This document shows, one piece after another, positions 9,701 through 21,050 of a stretch of DNA of 64,000 nucleotides. Position numbers and translations under genes: made by a program. The DNA is taken from positions 3,268,934-3,332,933 of the forward strand of contig NW_019091356.1 in assembly GCF_001949145.1 (NCBI RefSeq), in the 5' to 3' direction. Origin of the DNA: Acanthaster planci (Eukaryota). Within the stretch, counting starts at the first letter, position 1. The number at the start of each line of letters is the position of its first letter. Under the pieces are notes generated by a model, which had not been told where the DNA came from, did not search any database, and saw only the letters and a program-made list of their open reading frames with translations.

Positions 9701-12516
9701 CACCCAAGACCAATTGATGCATTTTGACCCTTTGAGGACGTGGGCACGCAGACAGCCAATGAACTCTACGCACTTGCTTGGTTAAGAACCTACACTGCTT
9801 CAAAATAAAACGACTTTCCACTGAGACAATGAGCCAGTCTGCTATATCATAAAGACAAGGCCATTCGAGAACAACACAAGTGGGCAAGTCGGCGTATGGC
9901 TGCACTGATATGACAAACTAACAAGCGCACATGCTGCTGTTCCCACATATAGCCTTGGACGCGCTTCAACTTGGGCATGTGCTGTCGCAATATCACAGTG
10001 TCTCATTCCACTTAGCAGTCAAGTGAACATAACTTCAGGAGTTTTGTCACCTCTACCATGACTTCGTACCTCGCGCTCGGCAGGTGGGACACTTGATTCT
10101 GTCTTCAGCACAGGCCTCACACAGGGTGTGGCCACAGGGTATGAGAACATACGGTGTGTGGTCTGGGGGAACCTAGCAAAGCAATAACAGGTAATAACAT
10201 TGATGTCACAACAGGTGTGTGAAGTGTCTTTGATGAATTTGCAAAAACTGATTGAAAACTTCCTAAATACCACACAAGCACTTTGCCAAACATGAATCTT
10301 TCAACTCCTAAGTTAGCAGCCTGGATTTCTGGTTTTATTCTAGGGGCACTAGTCAAAAGCCATAAAAAATCAACTTTAAAAAACACAAATGTATATGAAT
10401 ACATGAAATTACAAAAGTTAGACTATGTCTGAAAAACTTGGCTATGGCTAATGATGATACATATGCCTATGGTAGTTACCAGCTAGCGGCCATAGCCAAT
10501 TAACGTCTAGGTTATCACCAGCCATAGTCAACCCTTTTTGGACGCAGCTTCTTGTTGTAAGGCTCCTCACCATTAACTGTTTGCATTTGCTGCACTTGTG
10601 GTTTGACAGTGCGCTTCCCTCGACTTCGTCCTCATCATCTAAGATGCTCTTCCCCGAGTAGCCAACGGACTGCATCATCTGACTCCTCTCCTGCCTCAGG
10701 TCGGCCCGTACTTTGCTGGCAATCTGGTCCGCTAGCTTGTCAAAGGCATCCGGGCCCATCAGGTCTCGAGTTCTCGGCTCCGACTGGCCAGCGGTTCCGG
10801 GTAATCTGTCGTGTGATTGGCCAGCAGTCGGTGTCTTGGATCCTGATTGGCTGTCTGTTGATGGGACGGATACTGATTGGACGGTGTTTTTGGTGGGCTT
10901 TTCTGATTGGGTGGAAGTTTGGAAATCCCACTCATCCCTGGGATGTTTGGAAACACTTGATAGGCCTATCCTGGAATCTGACTGCATACTTGAAGTGGAA
11001 GATTTGCCTTCATCCCTGTTGTACAAATTTGGCTCAGAGCCTGAACACAGCATCCTACCCTTGGAGACAAACTCCTCTCCGGGGCTCTTCGGATTCTTGG
11101 TGGAACCAGAGTCACTTCTCGATGAACCAAGGCGATTCGATGATGGAGGCCGCCCTGAAGAGGGAGGTCTACCTCCAGTGACCTTTGACACACCACTATT
11201 CCTCCCACTTGAGGATCTCGAGTTGTTTGCTCCAGATGCAGATCTTGAGTTGCTCGGACGGGCCGGAGAAGCAGAACGTGCTCTCACTGACGTTGGCTTT
11301 TTCTTGGAACCACTACCAACAACCCAGGAAATTGTGTCTAGGTGAGGCCAAAAAAAAAATTTGACCGAAATATTTCTTGTTGTTTGGGTAAAACATATAA
11401 GTACGTTATGCAAGGCCAAATGCTCCAGAAGACAAGTTTTAAAAAATTTTCCCCTCCCCCAAAAACCTCATCAAGTGTTGGATTAAATATTCAAAAGCTG
11501 ATTACCTTCCACAACCAAATATCTGTTTTTTGTTACTGGACATTAAAAAATACAAATAAAATTTAGACACTCAAATGCGCACAAAATAAAAAGGTTGGAG
11601 GAGCCTGTTGGTGCAAGGAAATTCCAGTACTGAAAGAAAATATATTATGACAGATGTGAGAGACACTGACAATCCACTTCATAAATTTTATTTGAACTAA
11701 TCACCAATTTTTTTTTAAAATACTGCTGAAGATAAGGTACATATAACACATGTCACAATGACTGCATTTCTGATATTTTACTGGTCCAGATTGTGCATTC
11801 AGACCTGTTTTCTTTGGTGGCTCTTTCAACGTTGCCCCCATCTTACTCCCACTGCCCCGGCCAGGCCGGGCATCCGATGAGGTCCTCTCCGACTTCCCTG
11901 ATGAGGACGCTCTCTGGTCCATCCAATTCTTCTGCATGCGCTTGATCTCTTGCACCTTGAGCGGGGACGAAAGTGAGAAAAAAAATCTTCTTCCTCTGCT
12001 CACAGAAAGGTCATTCGATGCCAATTCGAACACCCTCCCAATTGACCTGACTCAGACTTGTATGTAAAAAATGGGTTTTATATTTACAGGTCTATTTCTG
12101 ATTGTAGGCCTTTGTAAAAATCACATAACTCTTTTGCAAATAACATAGGCTAGCCTTGCCTACATCTTAATACAGTAAAGGGCGCAGGGGCTACTTTTGT
12201 TTAGGCCTAAATTGTTTGCTTTTCATGTTTTCAGCATGTTTAGTACATGTACTTGTCATGTTTGTCCTTTTGTCATGTTTGCAGGGATGCTTGGTTTGTT
12301 TGTTTTCACATATGGACGCGACACAGTTTTCAGGTTAAAACGGCAAGTAGGGTCCCCTAGACTACAGTGCTGTACGTGCGTCAGTCACTGAATATGTTGA
12401 ATGAACGGCATGATGCAGACGACGCGCTAGGCCTAGTACTGACAATGTCAATCCCGTTTTAAACATGTGTAACTACTCACTTTTTCGGATATTCCTTGAT
12501 TCTTTTTTGATGCCAT
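795..12516 (-). CDS. C3HC4 RING finger / coiled-coil protein, ~581 aa, 7 coding exons (probable E3 ubiquitin ligase)
   Basis: Exons 12516-12481, 11955-11805, 11337-10571, 10172-10070, 9474-9032, 1189-986, 836-795, all GT-AG with matching phases (1746 nt). The RING spans the exon 3/4 junction: CSKC-KQLM|VPPDHTPYVLIP-CGH-TL-CEAC-AEDRIK-CPTC. Ser/Gly-rich N-terminus; E/K/R-rich coiled-coil C-terminus ending IKLLARNYNMSLD*. Extra exons inside the N gaps cannot be excluded. Confidence 0.8.
1284..1531. mobile_element. MITE-like element with ~40-bp imperfect terminal inverted repeats
   Basis: Left TGTGACCCAACATCCCCAAAGCAGGCTGAAGTAGGTA versus reverse complement of right end TATGACCCACCATATCAAAACCAGGCTGAAGTCGGTA. 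Confidence 0.6.
2000..2440 (-). pseudogene. Decayed paralogue of the neighbouring GPCRs (ECL2 to TM7 remnant)
   Basis: Translates as SNWISF*HHTTLHCMF (cf. SNWISIYHDLSLQCFL), then after a frameshift HHAQHVQANDGVTCSRDRPARPNK (cf. RHARRIQADHQVVGGRNRPARSNR) and G*LNVVVHFLR (cf. GWLNVAIYYLR). Stops at ~2387, 2056, 2029. Confidence 0.8.
3058..3993 (-). CDS. Intronless rhodopsin-class GPCR, chemoreceptor-like, copy 1 (N-terminus lost in assembly gap)
   Basis: Seven hydrophobic segments, TM2 LTSAD, TM3 IDRY, TM7 NVAIY (non-canonical NPxxY), helix 8 RNKDIR. The ORF runs into the N gap at 3995. Confidence 0.9.
   Translation of the reverse strand, partial: DITHDKGVQTVISVTTFLLTVLLLTLNPLCLVTLRRVDSLPEATKVFLQSLTSADLLIGVTLSIPMTVSALAGNWVFGNAVCALQAFVVSIFSYSAVFSLLLLTIDRYISVVYALRYSSLATAKRAWIAVSCAWGVSVLRQIWTGFSSNWISIYHDLSLQCFLHQSIEDLWVSFSILVGTACVIIAMYIRLFRISHRHARRIQADHQVVGGRNRPARSNRKSLNTFLIITLTSMLCLLIPAVYISLFYVFPSVPQFVYTSQLFVFTMTNLPLLTSGWLNVAIYYLRNKDIRQAMHAVLISNFTFFKRLYLN
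5429..5632. repeat. GACTT(G)-rich subterminal-type repeat, probable end of a non-autonomous DNA transposon (hAT-like)
   Basis: Many GACTTG/GACTTGACTTG units ending GACTTGCTTCCAACTCGG; abuts the start of the GPCR duplication unit at ~5634. Confidence 0.45.
5682..6704 (-). CDS. Intronless rhodopsin-class GPCR, chemoreceptor-like, copy 2 (340 aa)
   Basis: Likely start MNSTQG at 6704 (N-glycosylation sequons NST, NDS); the longer ORF-track start is non-ATG. Same motifs as copy 1 (DRY, NVAIY, no CWxP). Collinear with copy 1 at offset 2642. Confidence 0.92.
   Translation of the reverse strand: MNSTQGDAGPNAYNDSDSLMVWGDITDDGGVQTIISVTTFLLTVLLLTLNPLCLVTLRHVDSIPEATKVFLQSLTSADLLMGVTLAFPMTVSALAGTWVFGNALCALQAFVVSIFSHSAVFSLLLLTIDRYISVVYALQYSSLATAKRAWIAVSCAWGVSVFRQIWICSESSWIPHYHDPSLQCFFYPSTAALWVSFGIMVGTACVIIAMYMRLFRISHRHARRIQADHQVVGGRNRPAKPNRKSLNTFLIITLTSMLCLLIPAAYISLFYVFPSVPKFVHTSQLFIFTMSNLPLLTSGWLNVAIYYLRNKDIRQAMHAVLISSFTFFKRLCLNRGFTSD
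6878..6941 (-). promoter_or_regulatory. CCAAT boxes upstream of GPCR copy 2 (candidate own promoter)
   Basis: TGATTGG at 6878-6884, ATTGG at 6887-6891 and CCAAT at ~6937, 170-240 nt upstream of the ATG. Confidence 0.3.
7447..8017. mobile_element. piggyBac-type non-autonomous element (571 bp)
   Basis: TTAA at 7443-7446 and 8018-8021 flank perfect 11-bp TIRs CCACTTGCTGC / GCAGCAAGTGG; no transposase ORF. Confidence 0.75.
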
Positions 12517-13170
12517 TTTTAAAAGAAGATGGTCTTCCTTTTTTTAATGTAAATTTCACAAAGTCATGTGTTTTTTTCCTCACGAAATCAGCAAAATTTA
12601 TGAACGACAGAACGCTCCGTCGATTTCTGTTTATGCAGCCATAGTTCCCTAAGGCCTACTTGAAAACACACAATTTCTCGTCCGGTGCTCGTTGCATGTT
12701 TTTGTTAAAAATGCAAATCTGAGCTCAGGATATATTCATATGCAAATATTAGGCCTATCCAATCAAGATATAACATTAAATATTGTTTACATAAACTTCG
12801 AAGAATTAATTTGAACAAATGAAAAATCTTTACGTTGACAACCTTGTCAATTCTCACTTTGTACGAGACAATTTTTCAGCGGCCATTTTAATTTATGATA
12901 TGAAGGCGGCCCGCGGACAGACCGAATAAAAAAATTCCCATCACAGCACTTGTTGAAATTCAAGCGTTCCTCAGTATGAGAAGTGGAAAATGTCGTTGAT
13001 AAAAACTTGATTAGTAAGTAGTTAAAACTGTATAAAGATGTCATCCTTGTTCTCTAGTTGATGTTTAATTGCACTCATCACCTGGATTTGAAAGGAATGA
13101 TTGGTCAGTGCTAATTTATTGTTGGTGTCGGAATAGTGAGACATGTCATTGATCGGAGTGCACCGAGGTA
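12517..13170. promoter_or_regulatory. Candidate bidirectional promoter between the RING gene and HROB
   Basis: Divergent genes with start codons 1.7 kb apart; octamer ATGCAAAT at 12711 and 12740, CCAAT at 12759, GC-rich patch ~12905; possible HROB non-coding exon donor GAG|GTAAAT near 13167. Confidence 0.45.
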
Positions 13171-13949
13171 AATAGGCCAGTTGTCAGACAGTAGGCCCAT
13201 GGTAGGCCTAAAGTATGTGGTATCATGATAATGCTTGCCTGCTGCACAGAGAGATTTGCTGTTCGGAAAGATTATGCGTGTGGGCTTACTGCCTTTTGTT
13301 AAATAACAGTCTGACAGTAGGCTTAATTAAATGTTAGCCTACTAACATGATTAATTATTATTACTTATTTCTAGTATTAAATCAAGGATCCCCCAAACAC
13401 GCCAAACATTTCAAAAGATCTGTAAGCACTGACAGTTAACCAGTTTGTAGCTCTCAAGCAGACTGAAGAAGCCATTCATGGTCATGCCTGAGGCTGTAGT
13501 AAGAGAGGAGACAATGAGAAGCAGTTACCCCCAGAACTGTGGGGTTCGAAGTCCGGTAGAAAATGGGTGTACTGTTGTGAGCATCAATGCTATTAATGAT
13601 TAAAAACAGTAAAATAAGTGGCCACTTTCCGCCACTTTCCCTCCATCCATCCACTCAAAACTAGGTGGGTGTCCAGTTAGGAAGAAAATGCACCATACAC
13701 ACAGTAGTATACAGGGCATGCAGTGGGTAACTGGGGCTAAATGTCCGAGGGGGCACTCCGGGGGACGCACACACAGTTTTTCAGGGAACTGCCACCAGAA
13801 AATAAGCTGCAGCTGCGTAGCTATGTAAACTCAACAGAGATACATGTATTTACAGATTTCAAATGGGGGACCCGGGGGGGCATGGACGTCTGTAGTTACA
13901 CCACTGAAAGTAAGGGCAGCACAACAGCACACATGCCTCCACGTGCCTT

Positions 13950-14050
13950 ACGCATCCGTCATACGAGTTGGTTGGCATACGTGTACGAGTTGGTCAGCGT
14001 ACGACTTGGCGCATACAAGTTGGCATACATATGAGTTAAAACGGCATTCG
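13950..14050. repeat. Degenerate tandem TACGAGTTGG array (transposon subterminal-like)
   Basis: About five spaced variants of TAC(G/A)A(G/C)TTGG. Confidence 0.45.
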
Positions 14051-14065
14051 GAATCACATAGGCCT

Positions 14066-14186
14066 TGGGACTGGAAACCCAATACACGTGTTGACCTACA
14101 TGTACATGTAGCCAGAATTCGAACCCGGACCACAGAGGTGGAAGCCGAGGAAAAGAACCACTACATGTATCCCAACATGACTCCCC
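14066..14186 (-). mobile_element. tRNA-derived SINE fragment (same family as 41450-41612)
   Basis: Minus strand reads CTTCCACCTCTGTGGTCCGGGTTCGAATTC...GGTCAACACGTGTATTGGGTTTCCAGTCCC (B-box GGTTCGAAT), matching the 41.5-kb copy CTTCTACCTCTGCGACCGGGGCTCGAATCCC...GGTCAGCATGTAGGTTGGGTTTTCAATCCC. Confidence 0.6.
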
Positions 14187-14238
14187 TTTGTTTCCTTTGA
14201 CAATTTTGAAGGTCCAGTAGTGCTGAGAGCTTATCACC

Positions 14239-17200
14239 ATGTTTCAGATCGGTGAGGAAGATTTCTCGTTCGGAGATGATGAAGTAAGTAAAAGTTGACA
14301 TTGAGTCAACCATTTTACATCATCTTGAAGTTAAATGGACAGAGCTTCAAGTTTCAAGTTGCACTTCTCCATAGTGTTAAGTAGAAAAGTACACCTAACT
14401 ACTGTAATACACCGACCTTTGTTATCTTACGCTGATTTGCACTGCAGAGACTTGGACCTCAAGAGCAGTAAAATACTTTCTTGTGTACTGCATGTTTTTG
14501 CTATACATCAGTCTGTACTGTTTGATGGTTTGGAAGGCACGAGGTTTTGAGGTTTCATGTAATTAAACCAAACTATAAGTAACCAGTAACTTTTATTGAA
14601 TTTTAAAAAATCGGAGTGGTTACTCAAGTAATGTGATGCTGTTTTACTTTCAGGATTTCTGGTCAGAAGCCTTGGAAGTTGAGGCTGCTGCTACCGCAGC
14701 CAACTCCAACAAACCTGTTGCCAGCTCCAACATCCCAGCAGGAAGCTTTGCCACCAGGAGTCACCTCCATCAGATTCAAACAGGAAGCGAGAAGGCCTTA
14801 CCGTCCAGAGGTGCAGGTCCATCAGCGCAGGCCCTTGGCCAAAATGCAATGGGTGTTGGCACCACACTGAATGGTCCCCCGGTAGCCAGGACACTGCAAG
14901 TCACCAACAAAGACCTTTCCACAACTCCTGGGAATCCGACCAAGAGGAAGTTCTCTTTCAAGCAGAAATCACCACACAATACCACTGTACCACCTGTTAA
15001 CACCGGTCTTGGAGCAAGCAAAAGGGCAAAACTGGACAGCCAAACTCCGACAACTTTCAACAACTCTCGTCAGCAGGTCGCAAGTGACAAGCCGGGAGCA
15101 GCACAAGACCTGAACAAGATTGTGCAAACACAAGCAGGTGTAAACATGGGCAATCTCAAGGCACAGACAACCCAGATTTCAGGAGCTCCAAAGTGCAAAC
15201 AGCCCATAACCAACTCAAAAGCTACCACGGAAAGACAAGGACAATCGATGAACAATCGGACCAGCGCTCCACAATTTCTTCAACAGAACACAAACAAAAA
15301 CTTGCTTGACAGCAATTGCAGAGAATCGCAGTTCACGAACGGCCCACTCGCTGGAAAAGATCATCAGACAACTCCTGCGAGAGGTACTTCAAATTCGAGA
15401 GTTGAAGGACAGCAGCCCAACAATGCCACGAGCAAAGCCACCGGTGGACTTCCATTTGAGTTTGAAGATAATTTCATTGCAGATATTGACTTATCGGAAG
15501 ATTACTTTGATTGGAATCTGGCAACTGAACCGTGTAACACCACAACTATTTCAAGTAACACCAAGTCAGCTGTCACATTTAGTAATCATTTGAATCCACC
15601 TACCTCAACGCAGAGGCCGCCTCACAATTTAAGGAGCAGCTTCAGTGGGCCCTCAACACCAACTTCACCAGCAGCAAGCCACACTCCTGAATATTCCATT
15701 TCAAATCTGAACATGCAAAATCACTCCATAAACCCGCCGGTACACTTGAATCGACTGAGACCGTGTGCAGCCCAGGGAGGCATGCTACAATCCACAGGCC
15801 TGCAAAACAATTCATTATCCCGCATTGCACCGTCCACCCAACTAAACAACGCCAGTCAGTCTGCAACCAGATTCAGTTTGCCACTGACTGCTCAAACTTC
15901 TCGACCTAGTCTGCTGAACCAAACTCGGCAGTTCCAGGGTAACCCCACAAGGATGAACTTTCAACCTCGCACTCCGTCGCCAAGTTTCTCTGCCCCTAGA
16001 CCCAGCACCCAGGGATCAGGCCCACCCAGATATACATCACCTTCACCACAATCCCTGGGTAGGGGTGCTGCACAAGGTGCTACATGTATGTCCACTCTGC
16101 GGACCCCAAATATCCGACCGCTAACTGCCAACAATCTGACCCCTCGTCCATTCACCCCAAACCCACGCTTCCACAACTCAGGCCGCCCAAGTCAGAGTGG
16201 GCCAAGCCAAGGGGACAGGCCGTTCACCACACACGGTGTCAAACCCCAGGGCAGAGGGATGGCCACTCCTCAGACCCCACTCCTGACGTCAAGGGTGGCT
16301 CAGCTGTTTCAGACTCCCACCACTGGGAATGCTGGCCCTTCCCGTACAAGAGTGAGAAAGTTTCCAGGACCAGCAGGGGTGCTTCCAAAACTGGTTGGTA
16401 TTTAAAGCCATTCCATCTTGCCAAGCACCATATCCAAGTTTTCAGTAATCTGTGAGGAAAATCCCCCTGGATACGTTTGGCAAGTTCCCTTATTGTTTTT
16501 ATCCGCTCAAAAAAAGGGTATTATTTTGAAAATAATAGAATAGGAAACTTCTCAGAAACAGTCTGAGAAAAATTACCTGACATAACAACCTTCGGCAAAG
16601 AGTTATCAAAAAGATCCATTTAAATAGCAACCATCCCTCTCCAGCATCGTTATTTGGTCGCTGTTACAGACACAAGGTCAGAAACTAAATGACATCAAGC
16701 TGCCCTCTCCAGAAAGTGATCCTGACAAGCCAGGTACAAGCTCAGATAAGCAGGAGGTAAGTGAAAAGCAATGAAATTTTACAACCTCTGTTATTATCTA
16801 CTGCATCCATTCTGCTCTTAATTTCAATATTTTGTAAATTTTTTTTTTTTTTTGAGTTTCATTTACTTATACTTCCAATTTATGTAATTGACTTGGTCAA
16901 TCCATCAAACCCATTTCAAACATTTTCCTCACCACCATGAACTGTAGGAGTTTGATAGCTCCCAAGATGTCATTGGGGATACAGATTTCACTCACGGGGC
17001 CTGGCTGACCATGAAGGCAGACCTGGGACTGGATGAGGATGACCCTTGCTCCTTGTTGGCCAAGAATAACATTGCCTTGGTGCTGAGAAAGGTAAGCCAA
17101 TATTTTGTAGTTCAATAGCTTCATGCATATGCATGTAGGGAGGATGTGGTGCTGGAGAGTAAATACAGTTAATTTGGGAAGAGGTTTCCAATTGTTAGTT

Positions 17201-19171
17201 GTTTTTTTTTTACTGGACTCTTGTGTATTATTCTTGGAGGGGGTGGGAATTGGGGTTGACTTTTTTTCTCCCTGTTAAAAAAATTTGATGCGTGTACTCC
17301 ATGCACCGTTGCTCAAGTGAATTCTCATGCAAAATTACTACTGATTTGTATGCATTCTGTCCAGAAGTTGTGACATGTACTCCATGCACTGTTGATCTTG
17401 TGCATTTCTTCTCATGCGAAAGATGCGACCAGTTTGTACACATTTTGTCGAAAAATAGTTGGACAGATACACATGTTCACTCTCACCTTCCTGGAATCCA
17501 TTATCTAATGGTAACCACTCACTAAGCTTTTTACCCATTCTGGTCAAACATCGACCAGGCCAGCTTGAAGCAGCTAGCCAAGAACAAGGTGCCCCACCTG
17601 TGCGTGCTGATCAAGGCTGTCACTTTTGACGCCGATGCCAGCGTGGTCCTGCGAGACCCGACGGGCGAGATGCAGGGCACCATGCACCGTCGGCTGGTGG
17701 AGGAGCACCAGGCAGAGCTCAAGCCCGGCAGCGTCTTGGTCCTCAGACAGGTTCGTATGAAATTTCTGAGACTCAAATTTGATGAGCAGATCTCACTCTG
17801 ATGATAAATCATTACTGGATTTCATTTGGTTGGCTCCATTTAGGAAATTCCTGGGGTTGCATATGCAAATATCTTTACACTGTGAGAGAGACACAGCAAA
17901 AACTGATGTCATTAACAGCATTTATGCCAATACAAGGATGGAAGCTACTCGGTTATTTTTAATCCTTTGGTAATCCAAATGACTACAAATTCAACCCGGC
18001 CTTCCTTGAGTTCTGGAAAGTAGAGCTGAGCTTTCAACCTGCTAAGTAAATCAGGGTTCTTGAATATCTATCATCTGATACGGTTTCCCTGTATCTCATC
18101 ATACTAAGTTAACATCATGCTATTTATATATAACGGTTTGCCCGTACCCAACGTATATTAATAAGCACTGTATGCTCAGTGCTTGTCTGAGAGCTTGCAA
18201 AAAAAACCTCACAAGCTTACTCGGGTGGGACTCGAACCCACGACCTCTTGCTTACTAGTGCAGATGTCTTAACCACTCGACCATCGAGCTTGCTGGGGTC
18301 GGCTGGCCGGTCCGAGTCAAATGAAGCAGCGGGTACCGCAAACTATTTTCAAGATGTATTTGGAAAAAAAAAAAATACATCTTGAAAATCATGCTATTTA
18401 TAAATCAATGTTCTTGACCCTCCAACATGTGACACATTGGATATTCAATTGTTGGATTTCCTCGTTGCACCCGTTCCTCATCAAGCCACTTTTTTCCAGG
18501 TTGGTGTCCTGAGCCCGTCGCTACGCAACCACTACCTTAACATCACCCCTAGCAACCTGATCCAGATCTACCCCAGCGAATCCTCAGGCTCGTCCCGGTC
18601 TAGCCAGAGAACTCCAAAGTCACGCCCCCCAAGGCCATCACAGAGACCCGACAAGGAAGGGCAGTCTGCCGAGGTTGACAAAAACACCCCCAAGGGGTCA
18701 AGAAGTTTGGCAACAAAAAGGAGGGATCTTTCCGGAGGGATGAAAAATGGAACTCTGGTTGAGTCGTCTCCAGAAGATAGCGTCGAGAGCCGGAAGAGGT
18801 TCTGCAGCCCAGAGCTGAAGACAACATGTACATCCAGTGGAAGCAGAGGCGCTGGGGAAGGCGAGCGTTTAGATGCAAACCACCAAGCATCAAGCAGGCC
18901 TGGTGTCAGGCTGGTGGAGGAGACTACCCTTTCCAGCAGGGACCGTAGCACCACAGGCAGATCCAAATATTTGCTGGAGAGGGAGACCACACTCTCCAGT
19001 AATGGCCGTACAGTTACCAAGCAAACTTGCCCTCAGAAAAGCATCTCTATTGCCAGCAGCTCCGTAGCCAGCGGAGTCAACTCAACAGGACCCAATTCGG
19101 ACATTCCCAAAAGTGACGATTTCACAGACCTTCTTGCTGACATCGGTGATGACTTTTTTGACGACTTCTGA
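14239..19171 (+). CDS. HROB: Homologous recombination OB-fold protein (C17orf53/MCM8IP; DUF4539), ~959 aa, 6 coding exons
   Basis: Exons 14239-14283, 14654-16393, 16670-16756, 16948-17091, 17559-17750, 18500-19171, all phase 0, GT-AG. Hallmark motifs RKFPGPAGVLP, WLTMKADLGLDE, NKVPHLCVLIK, DPTGEMQGTMHR, LKPGSVLVLRQVGVLSPSLRNHYLNITPSNL; acidic N-terminus and DDF-rich C-terminus. Confidence 0.93.
18130..18340 (-). mobile_element. tRNA-derived SINE in HROB intron 5
   Basis: Minus-strand tRNA-like head 18293-18215 with A-box TGGTCGAGTGG and B-box GGTTCGAGTCC, no clean acceptor stem, followed by a T-run and unrelated body. Outer limits are approximate. Confidence 0.7.
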
Positions 19172-20825
19172 ACCTTTCCCCCATTTGGATTTTGCCAAGA
19201 ATATTATTAATTATATTAAAATGTCAATTATGTTATTAATATTTCTTGTATTTTAGTATCCAGTTGATAAGAAGCTTTAGATATTAATGTATATCACAAA
19301 TAGTTTAATCAATGTTTGAAAGCATCAAACCCTTAACTTGGGACCCCAGGAATGAAACACATTTGTCACCAACACCACGAACTGACACTCGTGCGTGAGA
19401 TGATCTCATTTGTGCGCATTTTAGAGAACCAAGTTTTTTTCATTTTCACAAACTGGCACCCGGTACAGTGCGGCACTTCTAACGCACACTCCATGCGTTT
19501 CCATTTTCACGAACTGATAGTGATCTTAATTCCACTAGTTAAAACAAATTTTCATTAAATTTTGGGGTAAGGCAGCAAGTATATGGATGGATGAAATTCA
19601 TGTCGGACCTTTCAAGGCATATTTCCTGTGCTGAACTGCCCTAACAAGCTTAGGTGTCAGTTTGTAAAAACAAAAATTAGTCTATTTTGCGTCAGTGCCC
19701 GATGAGCACACACTCCAAAGGGTGTTAGTTTGTGAAACAAAGTTGTTGATAACGCGTTTTTTACAAACTGATATTCACTTGCCAATGAGTGTCAGTCTGT
19801 GGTGTCAAAGACGAACTATGTCAAGAAATATCATCATATTTATTAAAAAGGGTAAACTGTTCCTCCAAATCTCCTCAAATTACAAAAAAGTACCTTTACC
19901 TTCAAATATTGTCCTTGTTTTACAACTATACAAAATTCCTAATGAAGATTTCAATTAAATAGTAATTCTCACAAAGCTGTTTAAAAAACATTAATGATTT
20001 ACAAAGGATCCTCAAAACTGCTCTGATGTCAATTGTAATACTGAATTATTATTCCAGAAAAGGTATTACTACTGAAATTAAATCCAGCAGGGTCAGGTAC
20101 TTTGGGATGGCATTTACTTCAATAACAACCGGCAAAATATGGTAGAGGTTGTAAATGTCAGGGTTTTATTTAAACAGATTAATGAATACGGGTTATAGAG
20201 GATGTATAAATATACAATTTTGAGGGCTAAGCATGGCAACTGGCATGGAACATAGGCTGTTGAATAAGCTCTCAAATAATGGCGGGGAAATTCTTGACTC
20301 TTAGATGGGATGTGGTCTTGTCTGGTACATACCCAACTCGGGATAAAGCCATCCTCTGTGCCTGAATTGTATTAAGTTGGGTTTTTTTCTCACAGGAGAA
20401 ACTGGGGTTCTCGAACAGGCAAATTTGGACGTGAGAAAAAGGAGTACAAATCTATCGTTCTTTGAAGCACTGTTCAGGTCATTCAGAGAGAGGCTGGGCT
20501 TGCAAGGTCCGGCCACTTGCATGGCTTCTCACCTTGGCTTCTCAAGTCGTTCATGTGGTCAAATTGAGTGCATCCTATTTTGAAAATCCGGTCAAATTCA
20601 AGACCAAGTTATTAATAAAAACAGCGTAGGCCTATTTAAATAGAAATCAAATGTTAATGTTGAATCAAATGTTAATAATGAAAATTAATTTCAAGTATGC
20701 CTTTACAGAGTCGACATGCATTGCAGCTGTGCAGAACATATTCCCGAAATACATGTACATGTATATTCAGTCTTCTTTCATACAATATATTCTTGGTGAA
20801 TAAAAATTGAAAACGCACTGTAAAC

Positions 20826-21050
20826 CAAAGATCGTATACGGCGCAAGATGGATAACTCTGCCCAAAAGTAATTGCCAAGGGCGCCATTTGAGCAAGCGAT
20901 ACGCCTGTGCAGTTTACGGTAATGCTTGAGCGCAGGCTCACCAGGTGCACGTGCCTGCCCACGCAGGCGCCCACGCGATTACAACGTTTTACCTGTATTG
21001 ACGGTGAAGTTCGCCATCTTGCGCCGCTTCACGGCGCTATACGATCTTTG
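20826..21050. mobile_element. Non-autonomous DNA transposon (MITE), 225 bp, 8-bp TSD (P- or hAT-type)
   Basis: Perfect TIR CAAAGATCGTATA, inner inverted motif CGGCGCAAGATGG, and perfect direct repeat CTGTAAAC at 20818-20825 and 21051-21058. Confidence 0.85.

Noticed and set aside
10603..11345. Plus-strand ORFs of 192 and 210 aa
   Set aside because: Antisense shadows of RING gene exon 3.
18215..18293. Possible tRNA gene
   Set aside because: A and B boxes are present but there is no proper acceptor stem, and it is embedded in a SINE-like body.
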